DNA of 64,000 nt from Myxococcota bacterium (GTDB taxonomy: Bacteria; Myxococcota_A; UBA796; CAJQPC01). Under the pieces are notes generated by a model, which saw only the letters and a program-made list of their open reading frames with translations, ran no database searches and had not been told where the DNA came from. Positions 18,811 through 29,111 of the stretch are shown in pieces. The position numbers and the translations under genes are program-made. Where the stretch lies: positions 32,001 through 96,000 of the forward strand of contig DASCPX010000129.1 in assembly GCA_036012755.1 (NCBI GenBank), given 5' to 3'. The first letter of the stretch is position 1. The number at the start of each line of letters is the position of its first letter.

Positions 18811-20529
18811 TCAGGGCACGCAGTCCAGGGCGAGGTCTCCCTCGCTCAGCTGTGAGTACAGGCCCTCCTGCGTCGCGTCCGAGTCCGCCCTGCCTCCGTG
18901 GAGGTAGACGAAGCCCTCGTCGCTCGTCGCCACCGAGTACCACTCGCGCGCCTTCGCCAGGGACGCGACCTCAGCGAAGGCCTCGCCAGGGGCCGCCGAG
19001 AGGACGCCGAGGCCGTCGGCGTCTGCGCCTGGGAAGACGTAGACGTAGTCCCCGTCGGACTCGACGTTCAGCCACAGACCCATGAACGTCCCGAAGTCGA
19101 TCTGTGTCCAGTTCCCGAGCGAGCCCCTCGACTCCACGGGTGCCCGGTAGCCTCGCGTGATCCAGTCGCTGTCGGAGCCCGAGCGCCAGGAGCCGACTAC
19201 GACGAGCTCATCGGCGGCGAAGGCCGCGCCGACGTAGCCGCCGTCGAGATCCTCTGGGAAGTCCGAGCTCTGCTGCCAGCCCTCGGGCAGGTTGTCCTGG
19301 TCCAGCTCGGTGAAGTACACGCGCTGTCGCGTGATGCTGTAGAGGACATCCTCGCGGTGCCGGATCACGTTCGCGTAGCCGGGGCTGTCCGTCATGGTCC
19401 AGCCTTGGGGCTCGCCGTCTGTGAGCAGGGCGGTCCAGGCGTTCTCTCCGTTGATCGCGTACAGACGATCGCGGCCGGCGTGGAAGCGTGTCTCCTCGCC
19501 CGAGTCGAGCTGCGGGCCCTCTCGCCAGCGCCCGACCCGTCCGTCGTCCAGGATCGGAGCCCAGTAGGTGCTGCCGTCCTCGTCTCCGCCGCCGACGTAG
19601 ATGGCGCCCTCCCAGACCCGCGCGTGGTGGGTCTGGAGGTAGACCGGCAGCGAAGAGGTGTCCCCCCAGGTCGCGACGGTGGAGATGAGCTCGACGCTGT
19701 CCTGCCACGAGCCCTTCAGGCGGTCGCGCTCGAAGTCCAGCCCGAGCACGTGGCTGCCGTCGTCGACGTCGCTGCACCACGTCGCCAGGACCAGGGCGTC
19801 CCGGGTGTCGAGCAGCCTCTCGAGGACCTCGTTGGCGATCTCGGGCAGATCCGCGATGTCCTTCGCCTTCCAGCTGCCGTGGGTCGCGACGTCCTCGTGG
19901 TCCGTGCCGACACCGACAGCCATCACCGCGAGCTCGCCCCGGGCGGCCTGCACCGACTCCAGCGAGGTGTCGTCCACCGGATCGCCCCCGTCGCTCAAGA
20001 GCACGATGACGCTGCGCTCGAGCGGCTCACCCGTGAGCAGCTGGTCCTCCACCTCCGCGAAGGCGTCCACGAGCGCGGCGTTTCGGTTGGTGGGCCCCGA
20101 AGCCGCCGTGAGCGCGTCGATCGCATCGCGCATCTTGTCGGTGTCCGTGGTCTCCGGGCGCAGCACCTCGACGTCCTCGTCGAAGCCGATCATCGTGAAG
20201 GTCTGGTGCTCGTCGAGGTTCTCTGCGATCTTCGTCGCGAAGCTCTGGATCTCGGCGAGGTCGCCGGAGTCCTCGAGGGCGAGGTCCACCAGGAGGACGA
20301 CGGACTGGGTCCCGTCGAGCTCTTCGAAGCCGCGGTAGCGGGGCAGCACCTCGGAGCCGTCGATGGTGGTCGTCAGCTCGTCTCCGGACCACGCCACGCC
20401 GCGTCCTCGCGCGTCGACGAGCTCGACGAGGATGTGGGCGCGGTTGGGGGCCGATGCCCCGGCCCACAGCCCCTTCGCGGAGACGGGGCCCTTGTAGTCG
20501 GCGTTGCAGGCGAGCAGCAAGAGGAGCAT
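18811..20529 (-). CDS. Lipoprotein with vWA-like domain and C-terminal kelch-like propeller
   Basis: MLLLLLAC; VVLLVD..IGFD..GPTN..IVLLSDGGD vWA pattern; AIYVGGG and FVYLHGG kelch-like motifs. Confidence 0.7.
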   Translation of the reverse strand: MLLLLLACNADYKGPVSAKGLWAGASAPNRAHILVELVDARGRGVAWSGDELTTTIDGSEVLPRYRGFEELDGTQSVVLLVDLALEDSGDLAEIQSFATKIAENLDEHQTFTMIGFDEDVEVLRPETTDTDKMRDAIDALTAASGPTNRNAALVDAFAEVEDQLLTGEPLERSVIVLLSDGGDPVDDTSLESVQAARGELAVMAVGVGTDHEDVATHGSWKAKDIADLPEIANEVLERLLDTRDALVLATWCSDVDDGSHVLGLDFERDRLKGSWQDSVELISTVATWGDTSSLPVYLQTHHARVWEGAIYVGGGDEDGSTYWAPILDDGRVGRWREGPQLDSGEETRFHAGRDRLYAINGENAWTALLTDGEPQGWTMTDSPGYANVIRHREDVLYSITRQRVYFTELDQDNLPEGWQQSSDFPEDLDGGYVGAAFAADELVVVGSWRSGSDSDWITRGYRAPVESRGSLGNWTQIDFGTFMGLWLNVESDGDYVYVFPGADADGLGVLSAAPGEAFAEVASLAKAREWYSVATSDEGFVYLHGGRADSDATQEGLYSQLSEGDLALDCVP

Positions 20530-20549
20530 GCACGCATTATGAGCGCGAG

Positions 20550-21974
20550 ATGCTTATCCTCGCTCTGTTGGCCTGCAAGAAGGACCCCGAGTCCCTGCTG
20601 TTCCCGGAGGGCTTCCTCTTCGGGACCGCCACCGCCGGCTTCCAGGTCGAGGCGGGCTGCCCGACCATCGCGCCAGAGGACTGCGAGGACCGCAGCTCCG
20701 ACTGGTACCAGTGGGTCACGGACGAGGAGCTCGTCGCCGACGGGACGACCTTCAACTCCGGGGACCCCATGACCTGGGCCCCGGGGCACTACGAGCTCTA
20801 CGAGGACGACTTCGAGCGCGCGGCCGAGTTCGGCGGCGCCTTCCGGTTCAGCTTCGAGTGGTCCCGGCTCTTCCCCGACGCAGCTGCAGAGGACGCCGCG
20901 ACCGTCGAGGAGCTGGCGGAGCTCGTCGATCCGACGGCGCTTGCCTGGTACCACGACTACCTCGACGCCATGAGCGCCCAGGGGCTGACGCCGGTGGCGA
21001 CGGTGAACCACTACACGCTGCCGCTGTGGGTCCACGACGGCAAGGTCTGTCGGGACGACCCCACGGGCTGCGAGGCCAGCGGGTGGGTCGACGGGGACCG
21101 CATGATCCCGCTGATCACGCTCTTCTCCCAGTACCTCGGGCGGGAGTTCGGCGATGACATCCAGCTCTGGCTCACGCTCAACGAGCCGCTTGCCGTCATC
21201 GTCAGCGGCTACCTCTTCCCGAGCGAGGACCGCACGAATCCCCCGGGCGTCTCCGACCCGGAGCTCGCCCTGGCGGTTGCCTGGAACATGGCTCGGGCTC
21301 ACGCCGCGATGGCAGAGGCCATCCGCGCAGAGGACGCTGACGCAGAGGTCGGCGTCGTCGTGAACCTCGGCGTCGCCTACCCGGAAGACGACACCGACGT
21401 CGACGATGTCCGCGCAGCCGAGCACCTCGACTACGTCTACAACCAGGCCATCCTCGAGATGTTCCTGGAGGGCAGGCTGGACAGCAACCTCGACGGCCTG
21501 GTCGACGAAGAGGACAGCAGCATCGCCGGCAAGACCGACTGGCTCGGTCTGAACTACTACTTCGCCTTCGAGGTCGGCGGCTTCCCTCGCTCGATCTACT
21601 CGGCCTACCCGTACATGGACTTCTTCCCGAAGACACTCGACTCGGATCCGGCCTACTTCGGCGAGGCCATCGACATGACCGCCGAGTGGGGTCTGCCCAT
21701 CTACATCACCGAGAACGGCGTAGCAGACCCGACCGCAGACGACGCCGTGGCCTACCTCGACCCGGCACTGCGCACAGTCTGCGAGAAGGCCGTCGAGCAC
21801 GACGTTCGCGGATACATGTACTGGTCCCTCATCGACAACTACGAGTGGAACCACGGCATGGGCATGCGCTTTGGTCTGTACGAAGTCGACACGGACACGA
21901 AGGCGCGCACCCTCCGGCCCATCGGAGAGAGGTACGCAGAGATCGTGTCGGATCACGGCTTCGTCGGAGAGTAG
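20550..21974 (+). CDS. Glycoside hydrolase family 1, lipoprotein
   Basis: FPEGFLFGTATAGFQVE, FRFSFEWSRLFP, TLNEP (acid/base), ITENG (nucleophile), WSLIDNYEW, RFGLY; starts MLILALLAC. Confidence 0.92.
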   Translation: MLILALLACKKDPESLLFPEGFLFGTATAGFQVEAGCPTIAPEDCEDRSSDWYQWVTDEELVADGTTFNSGDPMTWAPGHYELYEDDFERAAEFGGAFRFSFEWSRLFPDAAAEDAATVEELAELVDPTALAWYHDYLDAMSAQGLTPVATVNHYTLPLWVHDGKVCRDDPTGCEASGWVDGDRMIPLITLFSQYLGREFGDDIQLWLTLNEPLAVIVSGYLFPSEDRTNPPGVSDPELALAVAWNMARAHAAMAEAIRAEDADAEVGVVVNLGVAYPEDDTDVDDVRAAEHLDYVYNQAILEMFLEGRLDSNLDGLVDEEDSSIAGKTDWLGLNYYFAFEVGGFPRSIYSAYPYMDFFPKTLDSDPAYFGEAIDMTAEWGLPIYITENGVADPTADDAVAYLDPALRTVCEKAVEHDVRGYMYWSLIDNYEWNHGMGMRFGLYEVDTDTKARTLRPIGERYAEIVSDHGFVGE

Positions 21975-21977
21975 CTC

Positions 21978-22400
21978 TCAGCGCTGGGGCATCACCAGCG
22001 GCCAGTCGAGGTCGTAGTAGTCGTAGCCCTCTCGCAGTGTCTGGAGCACGGCCTGGGACTCGTCGGAGTGCATCGTGCGGGTCTCGACGGCGTTCTCGAT
22101 CTCCTCTGTGGTCGGCAGGACCTCGGCCGGGTTGGTCCCGTTCTTCCGCGCCGCTCGGTCGAGGACATCGGCGGTGCGCATGAAGAAGTCACGCATCTCG
22201 GCGCGGACGTCGACGTCGTCCTCTGCCTTCGACTGCTCCTCGAGGGGGTCGATGCCGGCGACCTCGGCGGGCTCGTCGACGATGAAGACGAGCATCACCC
22301 CCAGCATGCCGAGATTCAGCAGTGTCAGCCCGCCGACGGCGACCAGCGCTCGGTTCAGGCGCTTCAGAGCCTGGTGGATGTCGACCGGCGAGTCGCTCAT
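21978..22400 (-). CDS. Hypothetical single-TM protein
   Basis: MSDSPVDI.., hydrophobic segment then acidic helical domain; typical codon pattern. Confidence 0.6.
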   Translation of the reverse strand: MSDSPVDIHQALKRLNRALVAVGGLTLLNLGMLGVMLVFIVDEPAEVAGIDPLEEQSKAEDDVDVRAEMRDFFMRTADVLDRAARKNGTNPAEVLPTTEEIENAVETRTMHSDESQAVLQTLREGYDYYDLDWPLVMPQR

Positions 22401-22469
22401 CGTGGGAGGGTAACCGTGGCATGCCGTGTTCGTGGTTGCTATGCGCAGTACCGCTGCCTGGAGTCGTGA

Positions 22470-23591
22470 ATGCTGCTCGCCTTGACCTCGCTGTCCCTGG
22501 CGCAGGACTGCAATGTCCGAGCGCTCGAGAAGGAGCTCGAAGAGGTGAGCCCTTCCAACGTCCCAGCCGCCTTCGACGAGCTCGCTGCTTGCGACGCTGT
22601 CGCCGCGAAGGCAGCGGCTTCCGTCGCCTTCGAGCGGGTGCTGTCCGGAGAGGGCGGAAACCAGCTCGTGATCTCGGCGGTCAAGGTCCAGGCCTGGGAC
22701 GAGCCGCGGACCTGGATCACCGGCCTGCAGTCCGACGAGCGCAGCCGCACCATCGCTGCCCTCGGCGCTGCCTGCGGCAAGCACGAAGAGGTCGCGAGTT
22801 TCCTCGTCTACACGCAGACCAAGCTGGGCGACGGCTTCTGGACGAACCGCTGGTACCGCAGCCTCGCGGAGTGCCGGCAGCCCGCTGTGCAGGAGATGCT
22901 CTACAACGAGGTCTCCAGCGGCCAGAAGGACCGCACCCGGTACTTCGGGGTGCTCGAGGTCTACAGCCGCAACCTCGGTGCCGGTGCGATCCCGCTGCTG
23001 AGCGAGCAGCTGGCGACGATCACGGACGAAGAGGAGCTCACCTACATCGTCAACGCCTTCGCGGACGCTGCCCACGTCGGCGCGCTCGAGGGTCAGGACC
23101 CCGAGGCGACGAAGCTGGCGGTCGAGGCCATCGTCGCCGCGGCCCCCGACCTGCCGCCGCGGGCTGTGGAGCAAGGCCGCACCACCTTGCGCAGCCTCGG
23201 GGACGAGGACGCCGCGAACAAGCTGGTCGCGATCCGGTACCAGGACGTGATGCGGGACGACGGGCTCCACTGGGGCCTCGTGGCCGTCGAGACGGGCACC
23301 TGCAAGAAGGACACGCGGGTGAACATCCACACGGGCAAGGTCATCGAGGCCGGAACGATGTGGCCGGATCAGGTCGCCGCGGTCATCGAAGAGGCCACCA
23401 GCGCCGCCTGGAGTTGGCCGCTGGCGAAGAAGTGCGAGGTCCAGACCCAGATCATCATCTCCGCCGAGCCGATGGACGCCGCCGGGATGAATGCCTGGAC
23501 CAAGGAGCAGGTGCACGACGCGACCCGGGCCGCCACGTCCACGGCCTCCAAGATCGCCACAGTTCCGGAAGAGAGTCCGGTCTCCCTCTGA
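22470..23591 (+). CDS. Hypothetical secreted alpha-helical protein
   Basis: MLLALTSLSLA-QD signal; 373-aa ORF with typical codon usage. Confidence 0.65.
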   Translation: MLLALTSLSLAQDCNVRALEKELEEVSPSNVPAAFDELAACDAVAAKAAASVAFERVLSGEGGNQLVISAVKVQAWDEPRTWITGLQSDERSRTIAALGAACGKHEEVASFLVYTQTKLGDGFWTNRWYRSLAECRQPAVQEMLYNEVSSGQKDRTRYFGVLEVYSRNLGAGAIPLLSEQLATITDEEELTYIVNAFADAAHVGALEGQDPEATKLAVEAIVAAAPDLPPRAVEQGRTTLRSLGDEDAANKLVAIRYQDVMRDDGLHWGLVAVETGTCKKDTRVNIHTGKVIEAGTMWPDQVAAVIEEATSAAWSWPLAKKCEVQTQIIISAEPMDAAGMNAWTKEQVHDATRAATSTASKIATVPEESPVSL

Positions 23592-23646
23592 TCCTTGTGT
23601 CGTGGTCCACTCGGGTGGATCTCGTGATTCCAGGGACTTGAACCCG

Positions 23647-23662
23647 TGGCACGGCCTTTGCT
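23647..23662 (+). promoter_or_regulatory. sigma54 (-24/-12) promoter
   Basis: TGGCACGGCCTTTGCT, exact TGGCACG-N4-TTGC consensus with GG-N10-GC spacing, intergenic. Confidence 0.7.
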
Positions 23663-23674
23663 TCACCAGAGGCC

Positions 23675-24199
23675 ATGCACCGACACGCCTTCATCGCCAC
23701 AGCCATCGCCTCAACCCTCTTGTTCGCCTGCTCGCAGCCTTTCTGGGACGTCGAGGAGAGCGCCGATCTCGGCACCTTCGAGGCCGCGGGCGACGACATC
23801 GTCGATGTCCGCCTGAGCTTCCAGGGCGACTCCCGCGCAGAGGAGATGGAAGGTCACGTCGTCATCAGCGAGCTCGCCTACGACCTCGACGACGACGTCG
23901 TCCTCACCGTGTGGGCGCGGGACCCGGGGGACTCGGTGCTCGACGGCAACCTGGCGACGGTCGACATCGTGCTTCCGGTCGCCAACAACGCCGACACCCG
24001 CCTGAACTTCAGCCCGGAGTGCTTCGAGACCAGCTGCGACCATGACGTCGAGATCCGCTTCCAGCTGGATCGCGAGCTCGAAGATGGTGAGTTCGTCGAG
24101 CTCGACCTCGCCGCATTCGCCAGGGCGGAAGGTGACTATCCCGATGGCAGCGTGGTCGAGGACCACCAGGCCGCCCTCAGCTTCTCGATCGTGGAGTAG
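23675..24199 (+). CDS. Hypothetical lipoprotein
   Basis: MHRHAFIATAIASTLLFAC lipobox; acidic beta-rich mature part. Confidence 0.7.
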   Translation: MHRHAFIATAIASTLLFACSQPFWDVEESADLGTFEAAGDDIVDVRLSFQGDSRAEEMEGHVVISELAYDLDDDVVLTVWARDPGDSVLDGNLATVDIVLPVANNADTRLNFSPECFETSCDHDVEIRFQLDRELEDGEFVELDLAAFARAEGDYPDGSVVEDHQAALSFSIVE

Positions 24200-24237
24200 A
24201 CGGAGCCTCTGTGACGAGATCGAGACCCTGGAGTCGA

Positions 24238-25059
24238 TCACCCAGGAGTGAGCAGTAGCTCCCGCAGGGCACGTCCGGCTGGAGACAGGCGGTCGAGCCC
24301 CGGGTGGCAGAGGACGAGCTTGCGCTTCAGGGGTGTGCGCGCCTCTGGGACCTCGACCAGGGTCCCGAGCGCCAGGTCGTTCTCGACCGCGGCCCTGGAC
24401 AGCAGGGACAGCCCGATGCCAGCTCGCACGTGGCCCTTCACCGAGGCGATGCTGGCCAGCTCGGCGACCACCTCGACCTCGGGAAAGTGCTGGTCCTGCA
24501 GTTTCCGCATCGAGGCCCCGTGGGTGAAGGCGACGAAGGGCGCCCCCGGTCCGGGTTCCAGGTCGCTGTCGGCTGCCCTGACGATGATGAGCTCGTCCTC
24601 GCACCAGAGCTCACCGTCGCCCTCTGCGATGCCGAGGTCGACGCGGCCCGCGCGCAGCTCCTCTCGCACCAGCGGCGTCATGGTCTCGCGCAGGCGCACC
24701 CGCACGTCGGGGTAGCGCTTGCGAAAGGCCGCCAAGAGCGGCGGCAGCATGTAGGTGCAGGCGGTAGCCCCGCCGCCGAGGCGGACCTCTCCCGCGTCGA
24801 GGCCCTCGACCTCCATCACGGCGCGGCGACCGGCCTCGACCGCGGACAGCGCAGCCTGTGCGTGGGGGATGAGGGCCCGGCCGCTGGCGGTCGGCCTGGC
24901 GCCGCGGGGCAGGCGATGCAGGAGCCGCCCGCCCATGGACTCCTCCAGTCGCTTGATCGACGCCGAGAGCGAAGGCTGCGCGAGGTGGGCGTGGCGCGCT
25001 GCCCTGGTGAAGGTGCCGTGCTCGACCACGAGGAGGAAGTGCCGTAGCTCGTCATGCAT
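24238..25059 (-). CDS. LysR-type transcriptional regulator
   Basis: ELRHFLLVVEHGTFTRAARHAHLAQPSLSASIKRLEE HTH; VRAGIGLSLL. Confidence 0.93.
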   Translation of the reverse strand: MHDELRHFLLVVEHGTFTRAARHAHLAQPSLSASIKRLEESMGGRLLHRLPRGARPTASGRALIPHAQAALSAVEAGRRAVMEVEGLDAGEVRLGGGATACTYMLPPLLAAFRKRYPDVRVRLRETMTPLVREELRAGRVDLGIAEGDGELWCEDELIIVRAADSDLEPGPGAPFVAFTHGASMRKLQDQHFPEVEVVAELASIASVKGHVRAGIGLSLLSRAAVENDLALGTLVEVPEARTPLKRKLVLCHPGLDRLSPAGRALRELLLTPG

Positions 25060-25072
25060 AGACAAATACTAT
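25058..25072. promoter_or_regulatory. LTTR box (T-N11-A dyad)
   Basis: ATAG-acaaata-CTAT in the AT-rich divergent spacer, overlapping the LysR start. Confidence 0.5.
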
Positions 25073-25129
25073 CGAACCCACAGAAACAATCCATTGGAGT
25101 TATCTCTCCTGGCGGGCGACCTTGGCAAC

Positions 25130-25831
25130 ATGGTCGTGCTCCTTGCTCTCCTCGGTGTCTTCGCGGGTGCCCTCACCACCGTCGCCGGAATGGGCGGCGG
25201 CTTCGTGATGGTCGTGGTGCTCTCGCTCTTCATGTCGCCGGTGGAGGCCCTGGCGATCACCGCGCCTGCGCTGTTGTTGGCGAACGCACACAGGGCCTGG
25301 ATGTACCGAGCGGAGATCGCCTGGAGGGAGATCAAGCCGCTCATCCTTGGCGCCTTCCCCTTCGCGGTGCTCGGGAGCTTCATCGCGACCGCCTTGCCGG
25401 ACGCAGTCATCCGCTTGTCGATGGCGGCCATGGCGGCGATGGCGGTCGCGCGGGTGGTCTTCGAGCTGACCTGGGCCCCGAGCCGCGTTTGGAACGGCCC
25501 CGCGGGCGCGCTGACAGGCTTCGTGTCGGCCACTACCGGCGGCGGTGGCACGGTGATGGGGCCCTTCCTCCTGGCTCGGGGGCTCTCCGGCACTCGCTAC
25601 GTCGTGACCGGCGCCTGCACCGCTGGCGCGATCCACATCGCCCGCATCGGCAGCTACACCGCCGCCGGCGCCGGGGTCGACCTCATCGTAAAGGGCGTCC
25701 TGCTGGCGTCGATGCTCTTCATCGGCAACCTGCTCGGGGACCGCGTCCGCCGACACCTCGGTGAGAGCGGTCAGCACCGCGTCCAGCTCGGTGTGATGCT
25801 CGCTTGCGTGGGGCTGGCCCTGGTGGGGTGA
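25130..25831 (+). CDS. TauE/SafE-family membrane transporter
   Basis: AGMGGG and TGGGG motifs, about 8 hydrophobic segments, divergent from LysR. Confidence 0.8.
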   Translation: MVVLLALLGVFAGALTTVAGMGGGFVMVVVLSLFMSPVEALAITAPALLLANAHRAWMYRAEIAWREIKPLILGAFPFAVLGSFIATALPDAVIRLSMAAMAAMAVARVVFELTWAPSRVWNGPAGALTGFVSATTGGGGTVMGPFLLARGLSGTRYVVTGACTAGAIHIARIGSYTAAGAGVDLIVKGVLLASMLFIGNLLGDRVRRHLGESGQHRVQLGVMLACVGLALVG

Positions 25832-25855
25832 CGACAGTGGTTGCCCGCCCCGTAC

Positions 25856-27982
25856 CTAGAACGCGCAGCTGTACAGGTAGCTGATCTCCTCGCGCGTCAC
25901 GCCCCCGGGCGAGACCACCACCACCTCGAGGTGGGTCCCCTCGAAGGAGTGCACCCACCCGCCGAAGACCGTGCGGTCGCGGACGCGCCAGGCCGCCACG
26001 TATTGCGGCACGTGGCGGGGGTGCTCGAGGTCGAGGGGCTCTGTTTCGAAGCCGTCCATCAGGGTGGTCGAGACGTCGAAGTCCGCCACCACCACCTCGT
26101 CGAGGAGGAGCTCGGCCGTGTACTCACCGGTCTTCATCAGGACCAGCTCGTGGCCTCCCGCCTTCCAGCTGCGATGGCGCTCCCCGACGTGGGCCTCCAG
26201 CTCCAAGGCCGAGGCGTCCGTTCCGGGCTCGACCAGCCAGGTGAGACCTGGACGAATCGGGGCCCCGAACAGCGGCGACAAGGTCAGCGCGGTCCCCTCG
26301 CAGCCGTAGCGGCCCTCCTCTGAAGGGCGGACCTCGAGCACCCCGCCGTCGAGGGAGACGATGGGCTCGTAGGCGGGCAAGGCGCCCCCGAGCACCACGA
26401 CCGGTGATGAAGCCACGACGTCGAACCAGCCCCCCGACACGATGCCCAGCCAGCCTGGCAGGCCGGCGAGGTCGGGCTCCGGCCAGATCACGCCGAGGCG
26501 CTCGGCGTCGAGCACCGGGAGATCCTCGTCGAAGTCACCGGAGGCGATGACCTCGTCCCCAGAGGCCACCAGCCAGTCCGTGGGTCCGTGGAAGAGCCCG
26601 TTGATGCCCTCGATGTCCTCGTCTACGGATGCCGCGTAGAGCACGATGGGCACCTCGACGTCGTCTGGGTGGGGACGAGTGATGATGAGCCTGGGCCGCT
26701 CCACGTCGAAGCGCTGACCGTCGACGAGCACACCGGTCTCGTCGATGGTGATCTCCAGCTCCTCCAGCCACGCCGCCAGCGCCGGACTGGACATCGGGGA
26801 GCCGTAGTGGACCTCTGCCACGGGTGTATCGGAGCTCCAGTCGAGGCCGACCCGCTCCACCCCCCGCTTCCGCATGAAGTGCTCGTACATGGCGTCCGCG
26901 TAGGCGAGGTCCGCGGGTGCGACGAACACGCTCCCAGGACCCAGCCGCTCGAAGGCGGCGTTGATCGGACCCCGGAAGCCCGCCGGGTAGGTCGGCTCGG
27001 CTCCCCACTCGGCGAAGATCGTGGCGAGGTCCTCTGCGGCACTAGCCAGGTCGACCTCGCCCTCCCGGCGCAGCCCGTCGAGGTAGGTGACGACCTCGCC
27101 GACCCAGTAGAAGCCTCGCCCGATCTCGTAGCCCAGGGCCTCGCGCCCTGCCTGGACACCGTAGGCGTCGAGGGCGTAGAGCACCGTCAGCGCTCGCACG
27201 CCTGTCTCGTTCACGACGATCTGCCAGTCGCCATAGGCCTGGTCCCGCATGTGCGTCCGGACATGCCCGAAGACGCTCTCGCCTGCGGACTCCAGCACCT
27301 CTGACCGGGACTCCAGCGCCGGGTTCACGTAGGCGTGGCCGAGCTCGTGAACCAGCAGGTACTGCAGCCCCCTGCCGCTCGAGCCTGGACCCAAGACCGG
27401 TGAGAACTGCACGTCGCCGTCGATCTCCGCGCTGACGCCGTAGTTGTTGGGGCCCACCAACAAGCCGGGGATCACCGTGTAGGAGGCGCCCTCGGCCGGG
27501 CCGAAGAAGCCATCGAGCCAGCTCACGACCTGGTCGCCGCCGGCCTCGCGGAAGTGGGCCTCCACCTCCGAGCGGTGGTCCGCGTGGTCCTCGTAGAAGG
27601 TTGCAAACTCGCTGTCGGCGGCGAAGTCCCTGAGATGACGCAGGAACTTCTCTGCGTCGCGGGCCGTCCAGCGGTCGTCGAGGCGAGCCGGGTGGGGGTC
27701 CAGCGGCACCGCCGGTCGCAGGAGGGGATCGAGGTGGACCGCCAGGTCGACCGGGGCGTTGTAGGCGATGCCTCGCCGGATCCGGAGCCGCCTGGCTGCC
27801 TTCACTGCGCTGTGCCGCTCGTAGGGGGCGAAGTGGTCGTCGACGGCCCGGGCGTAGTCGTCGTCGGCGATGTTGTACTCGTGGGCCCCGCTGAGCCTGA
27901 AGACGATCGAGACGAGCTCGACGCGGGGGTCCACCCGGACCTCCAGATCCGCTGCCGAGGCGAGGGAGATGATCCAGATCAT
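25856..27982 (-). CDS. DUF4932-like secreted putative metalloprotease
   Basis: VDPRVELVSIVFRLSG N-terminus, LVHELGHAYVNP (HExxH), YGDW..VNE.GVRA. Confidence 0.7.
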   Translation of the reverse strand: MIWIISLASAADLEVRVDPRVELVSIVFRLSGAHEYNIADDDYARAVDDHFAPYERHSAVKAARRLRIRRGIAYNAPVDLAVHLDPLLRPAVPLDPHPARLDDRWTARDAEKFLRHLRDFAADSEFATFYEDHADHRSEVEAHFREAGGDQVVSWLDGFFGPAEGASYTVIPGLLVGPNNYGVSAEIDGDVQFSPVLGPGSSGRGLQYLLVHELGHAYVNPALESRSEVLESAGESVFGHVRTHMRDQAYGDWQIVVNETGVRALTVLYALDAYGVQAGREALGYEIGRGFYWVGEVVTYLDGLRREGEVDLASAAEDLATIFAEWGAEPTYPAGFRGPINAAFERLGPGSVFVAPADLAYADAMYEHFMRKRGVERVGLDWSSDTPVAEVHYGSPMSSPALAAWLEELEITIDETGVLVDGQRFDVERPRLIITRPHPDDVEVPIVLYAASVDEDIEGINGLFHGPTDWLVASGDEVIASGDFDEDLPVLDAERLGVIWPEPDLAGLPGWLGIVSGGWFDVVASSPVVVLGGALPAYEPIVSLDGGVLEVRPSEEGRYGCEGTALTLSPLFGAPIRPGLTWLVEPGTDASALELEAHVGERHRSWKAGGHELVLMKTGEYTAELLLDEVVVADFDVSTTLMDGFETEPLDLEHPRHVPQYVAAWRVRDRTVFGGWVHSFEGTHLEVVVVSPGGVTREEISYLYSCAF

Positions 27983-28655
27983 GAAATGGCCCGAGCCAGG
28001 GTCAGGACGAGGTCCACGGCCTCGGCGAGGCCCCTCCGCAGCTTGCCTTCGCAGACGAGCCGGACGCGATCATCGTAGAGCGCGCTGCCGGGGTGGCCGT
28101 GGACCACGGGCAGGAGCGCCTCGTCCACCCCGGGTCTCGCGACCAGCGCGCGGGCGGCCTCCGGGTCGGGGCAGCGCACGGCGAGGAGATGGTCGAGCAC
28201 GGGGTTGTGGGTGTCTGTCCGCGCACCGCGGGCCCGCTCTCCGTGGACGATGGACAGGCGCGGTGGCAGTCCCTCCACCCAGCAGACCAGCGAGGTGGTG
28301 TGCCTCCCCGGAAGAGCACGTCGAGGGGGAAGCCGTCGAGCTCGCACGCCAGCACGGCCTCCTGGACCTCGAGCCTCGCCAGGGAGACCCCCTGCGGCAG
28401 GCCGTCTTCGATGAGCTCCCGCCCCTCGCCCGCGACGAGGTCGTCCGAGAGGTCACTCTCCAGCACGTGCCGCAGCTGGAGCTGCCAGCCAGCCGGCCGG
28501 GCGAAGAGCTGCACCCACCAACCGGGACCCTGTCCGCGGGCCCCGCGGACCTGATCCACGACCCAGGTCAGAAAACGGGTCTCGCAGAGCTCGCGCAGCG
28601 CCTCCTCCGCGTCGGCGGAGCGCTTCAGCATGCGTCCGGCGCCGATCCACTTCAT
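27979..28655 (-). pseudogene. Hypothetical gene with a frameshift near 28310
   Basis: MKWIGAG...LDGFPLDVLF in one frame, GRHTTSLVCWVEGLPP...VLTLARAIS* in another; both ends ATGA-coupled to neighbours. Confidence 0.5.
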
Positions 28656-29071
28656 GCGAGCTCGAAGTCCAGGAAGTCGAAGCCCGGGGCGACGACACAA
28701 CCGACGAGAGCGTAGCCGGCGGGCCCGTCCAGACAGACCGCCGACTGCCAGCGCCCGCCGGGCACCGTGGCCTGGAAGAGGAGGTCCTCGCCGAGGAGCA
28801 GGTCCGGCTCCCCTTCGACGGACAGCCGCACCGGGTCCCCCTGGTGGTGCATCCAGATCTCGTCGCTCCGGACACGGTGGCGGGCGCTGGAGGCAGCGGT
28901 CGGGAGCAGGAAGAGGATGGCGGTGACCGCTACGCGTGAGCCGCCGTAGCTGCGCGGGAGAGCCGACGACGGGAGCTGGCGATCGCTGCGGAAGGTCTCG
29001 CGGTAGTAGCCGCCCTCTGGGTGGGGCTCGAGCTGCAGCTCGGCGATGAGGTGGCGGACGCGCTCGTTCAC
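28652..29071 (-). CDS. Cupin_5 (DUF985) family protein
   Basis: [60 protein letters not shown]. Confidence 0.9.
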   Translation of the reverse strand: MNERVRHLIAELQLEPHPEGGYYRETFRSDRQLPSSALPRSYGGSRVAVTAILFLLPTAASSARHRVRSDEIWMHHQGDPVRLSVEGEPDLLLGEDLLFQATVPGGRWQSAVCLDGPAGYALVGCVVAPGFDFLDFELA

Positions 29072-29111
29072 AGCCCCCAGGTTAGTCGCAACAGACACCC
29101 CGGAGACTCCC

